Source of the DNA: Trichosphaerium sp. ATCC 40318
Lineage: Eukaryota; Protista; Tubulinea
Direction of reading: 5' to 3'
Assembly (NCBI GenBank): GCA_038496445.1
Contig: JALMLS010000316.1
Location: 62,001-126,000 of the forward strand
DNA length: 64,000 bases
A model generated the notes under the pieces. It was not told the DNA's origin. It saw nothing but the letters and a program-made list of their open reading frames with translations, and did no database searches. The translations under genes and the position numbers were made by a program. Below are positions 62,678 through 64,000 of this stretch, in pieces (positions within the stretch are counted from its first letter, which is position 1; every line of letters begins with the position of its first letter).

Positions 62678-64000
62678 TTATTTTATCTTTTGTTTCTTTG
62701 ATTGATTTCTTGAGTTACGACGACGTTTACGTTTATCGCTAGGTGTACTTTTTTTAGGTTTTGCATTTGAGAAGTTTGGGTCCAAACACGTGAGCACTAT
62801 TTTAGGAGAGTGTGGTACAGACTCATCAACTTCAAGGCGTATCTTAACCTTTGCAAAAATAGATAATTTAAAACTACCAAAATCAAGCTCTTGAGCCCTC
62901 TCATCGAATTTTGCAATACCTTTTGGTATGTAAACAACTTCTTCGATACCATATCTAATTGAAAAGTAAGTAGGTATGACATTAGATACAGATACAGATG
63001 AATATATGAAAAGTAATCAAGTTGAGGAAAAAAATAAATTCATGAATTTATCAAGACATTAACGCTATGTATAATTAACCAGAAGTACTACATTGATATG
63101 TATATATACTACAATTAGTAATACACAACATATTGTATTCTGATCGACATAGTCTAACATGAAATGGTGGAAAATGTGAAAAATTGCTGCAAGCGTTTTT
63201 TTTCTGAATTTTTTTTCGACAGAAAAGTAAATAATCATACCTTGCTACCATGACATGGAATCCATTACTCCTTACGGACATTACATAAGCATCTTCTTCA
63301 ATAACTTTTCCTTTGAAAAAATAAACAGTATGAAGCTTCACTGAGTCCCTAGAAGCATATTCTGCCATGCGATGACTTCTATTAATACGATCACATGTAC
63401 GTTGAATTCCCGTTCTATTAATAGACGAATGGACAGGAGCAATGGCTATACTAGCAGCAAGTAACCTGTGTACAATAATATCTATACAATAGAATATCAG
63501 ATAGATGTAACAGAGCAAATAAAGTGAAGAAATCGACAAACAATAAACGTGTCAACTTTTTTTGCACATGTCTCATTTTTCATAACAAAAAACAAAGAGT
63601 TTTGAAGCAGTACCTGCGTATCTACGAATAGGTGATGTGAAATGAGTGTAAATAGGTGCAGCGAGTCCGTAGTGATGAAATTCAGAAGGAGGTACTGATC
63701 CTGAAGCGAAATATCTTGCTTGTTGCATACACCGTGTTGCCAATATTCTTATAAGTTTGTTCACAAATGGATCAGAAGATACCTTGAGACAATAATTAGT
63801 TTTTTACAAAATGGCCGATCACGGGATGGAAAGTTTTTTTTGTGAAGCGGTGAAACGGTGGTGTAGGTGGTGTACGTACGTTTGCTTTATCTAGGGAGTC
63901 TGAGAGCTCTTTAGAGTTTCCGACATCAAGAGTTACTCCAAGTTTTTTTACAATTTGAATAAGTCCTTCTAACTTCTTTGGATCAGGGGAAGGATGACGC
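62678..64000 (-). CDS. DIS3: Exosome exoribonuclease DIS3/RRP44, 3' part
   Basis: [52 protein letters not shown]1 region, basic NLS-like tail. Confidence 0.95.

Overview
AT-rich, intron-dense eukaryotic nuclear DNA read with the standard code. Introns are short GT-AG, often starting GTACG; gene content suggests an amoeboid protist, but that is inference only. Recognisable housekeeping genes are a tetraspanin, a C11orf54/DUF1907 hydrolase, mitochondrial ferredoxin, a KIF22-like kinesin, METTL9, AsnRS, CLASP, a PqaA/AprA-like protein, an atypical Rho GTPase and the 3' part of DIS3. Between them lie secreted Cys-rich and mucin-like genes. Most notable: (1) one intact tRNA-Ala(CGC) plus three 5'-half copies that all stop at tRNA nt 48-49, one lying between two divergent, intronless, giant-virus-like F-box genes (LRR and MORN); (2) an ankyrin-PARP-like gene built from one-repeat-per-exon units, with two rearranged paralogues and a co-duplicated surface-protein gene; (3) an unannotated ~530-nt structured ncRNA candidate with paired ends, a pseudoknot and a T-run; (4) a HARE-HTH-PARP fusion; (5) a two-module Cys peptide precursor; (6) strong CACGTG enrichment in introns; (7) a MITE. 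Gene boundaries were assembled by eye. Single-base indels, probably assembly errors, occur, so pseudogene calls need caution.
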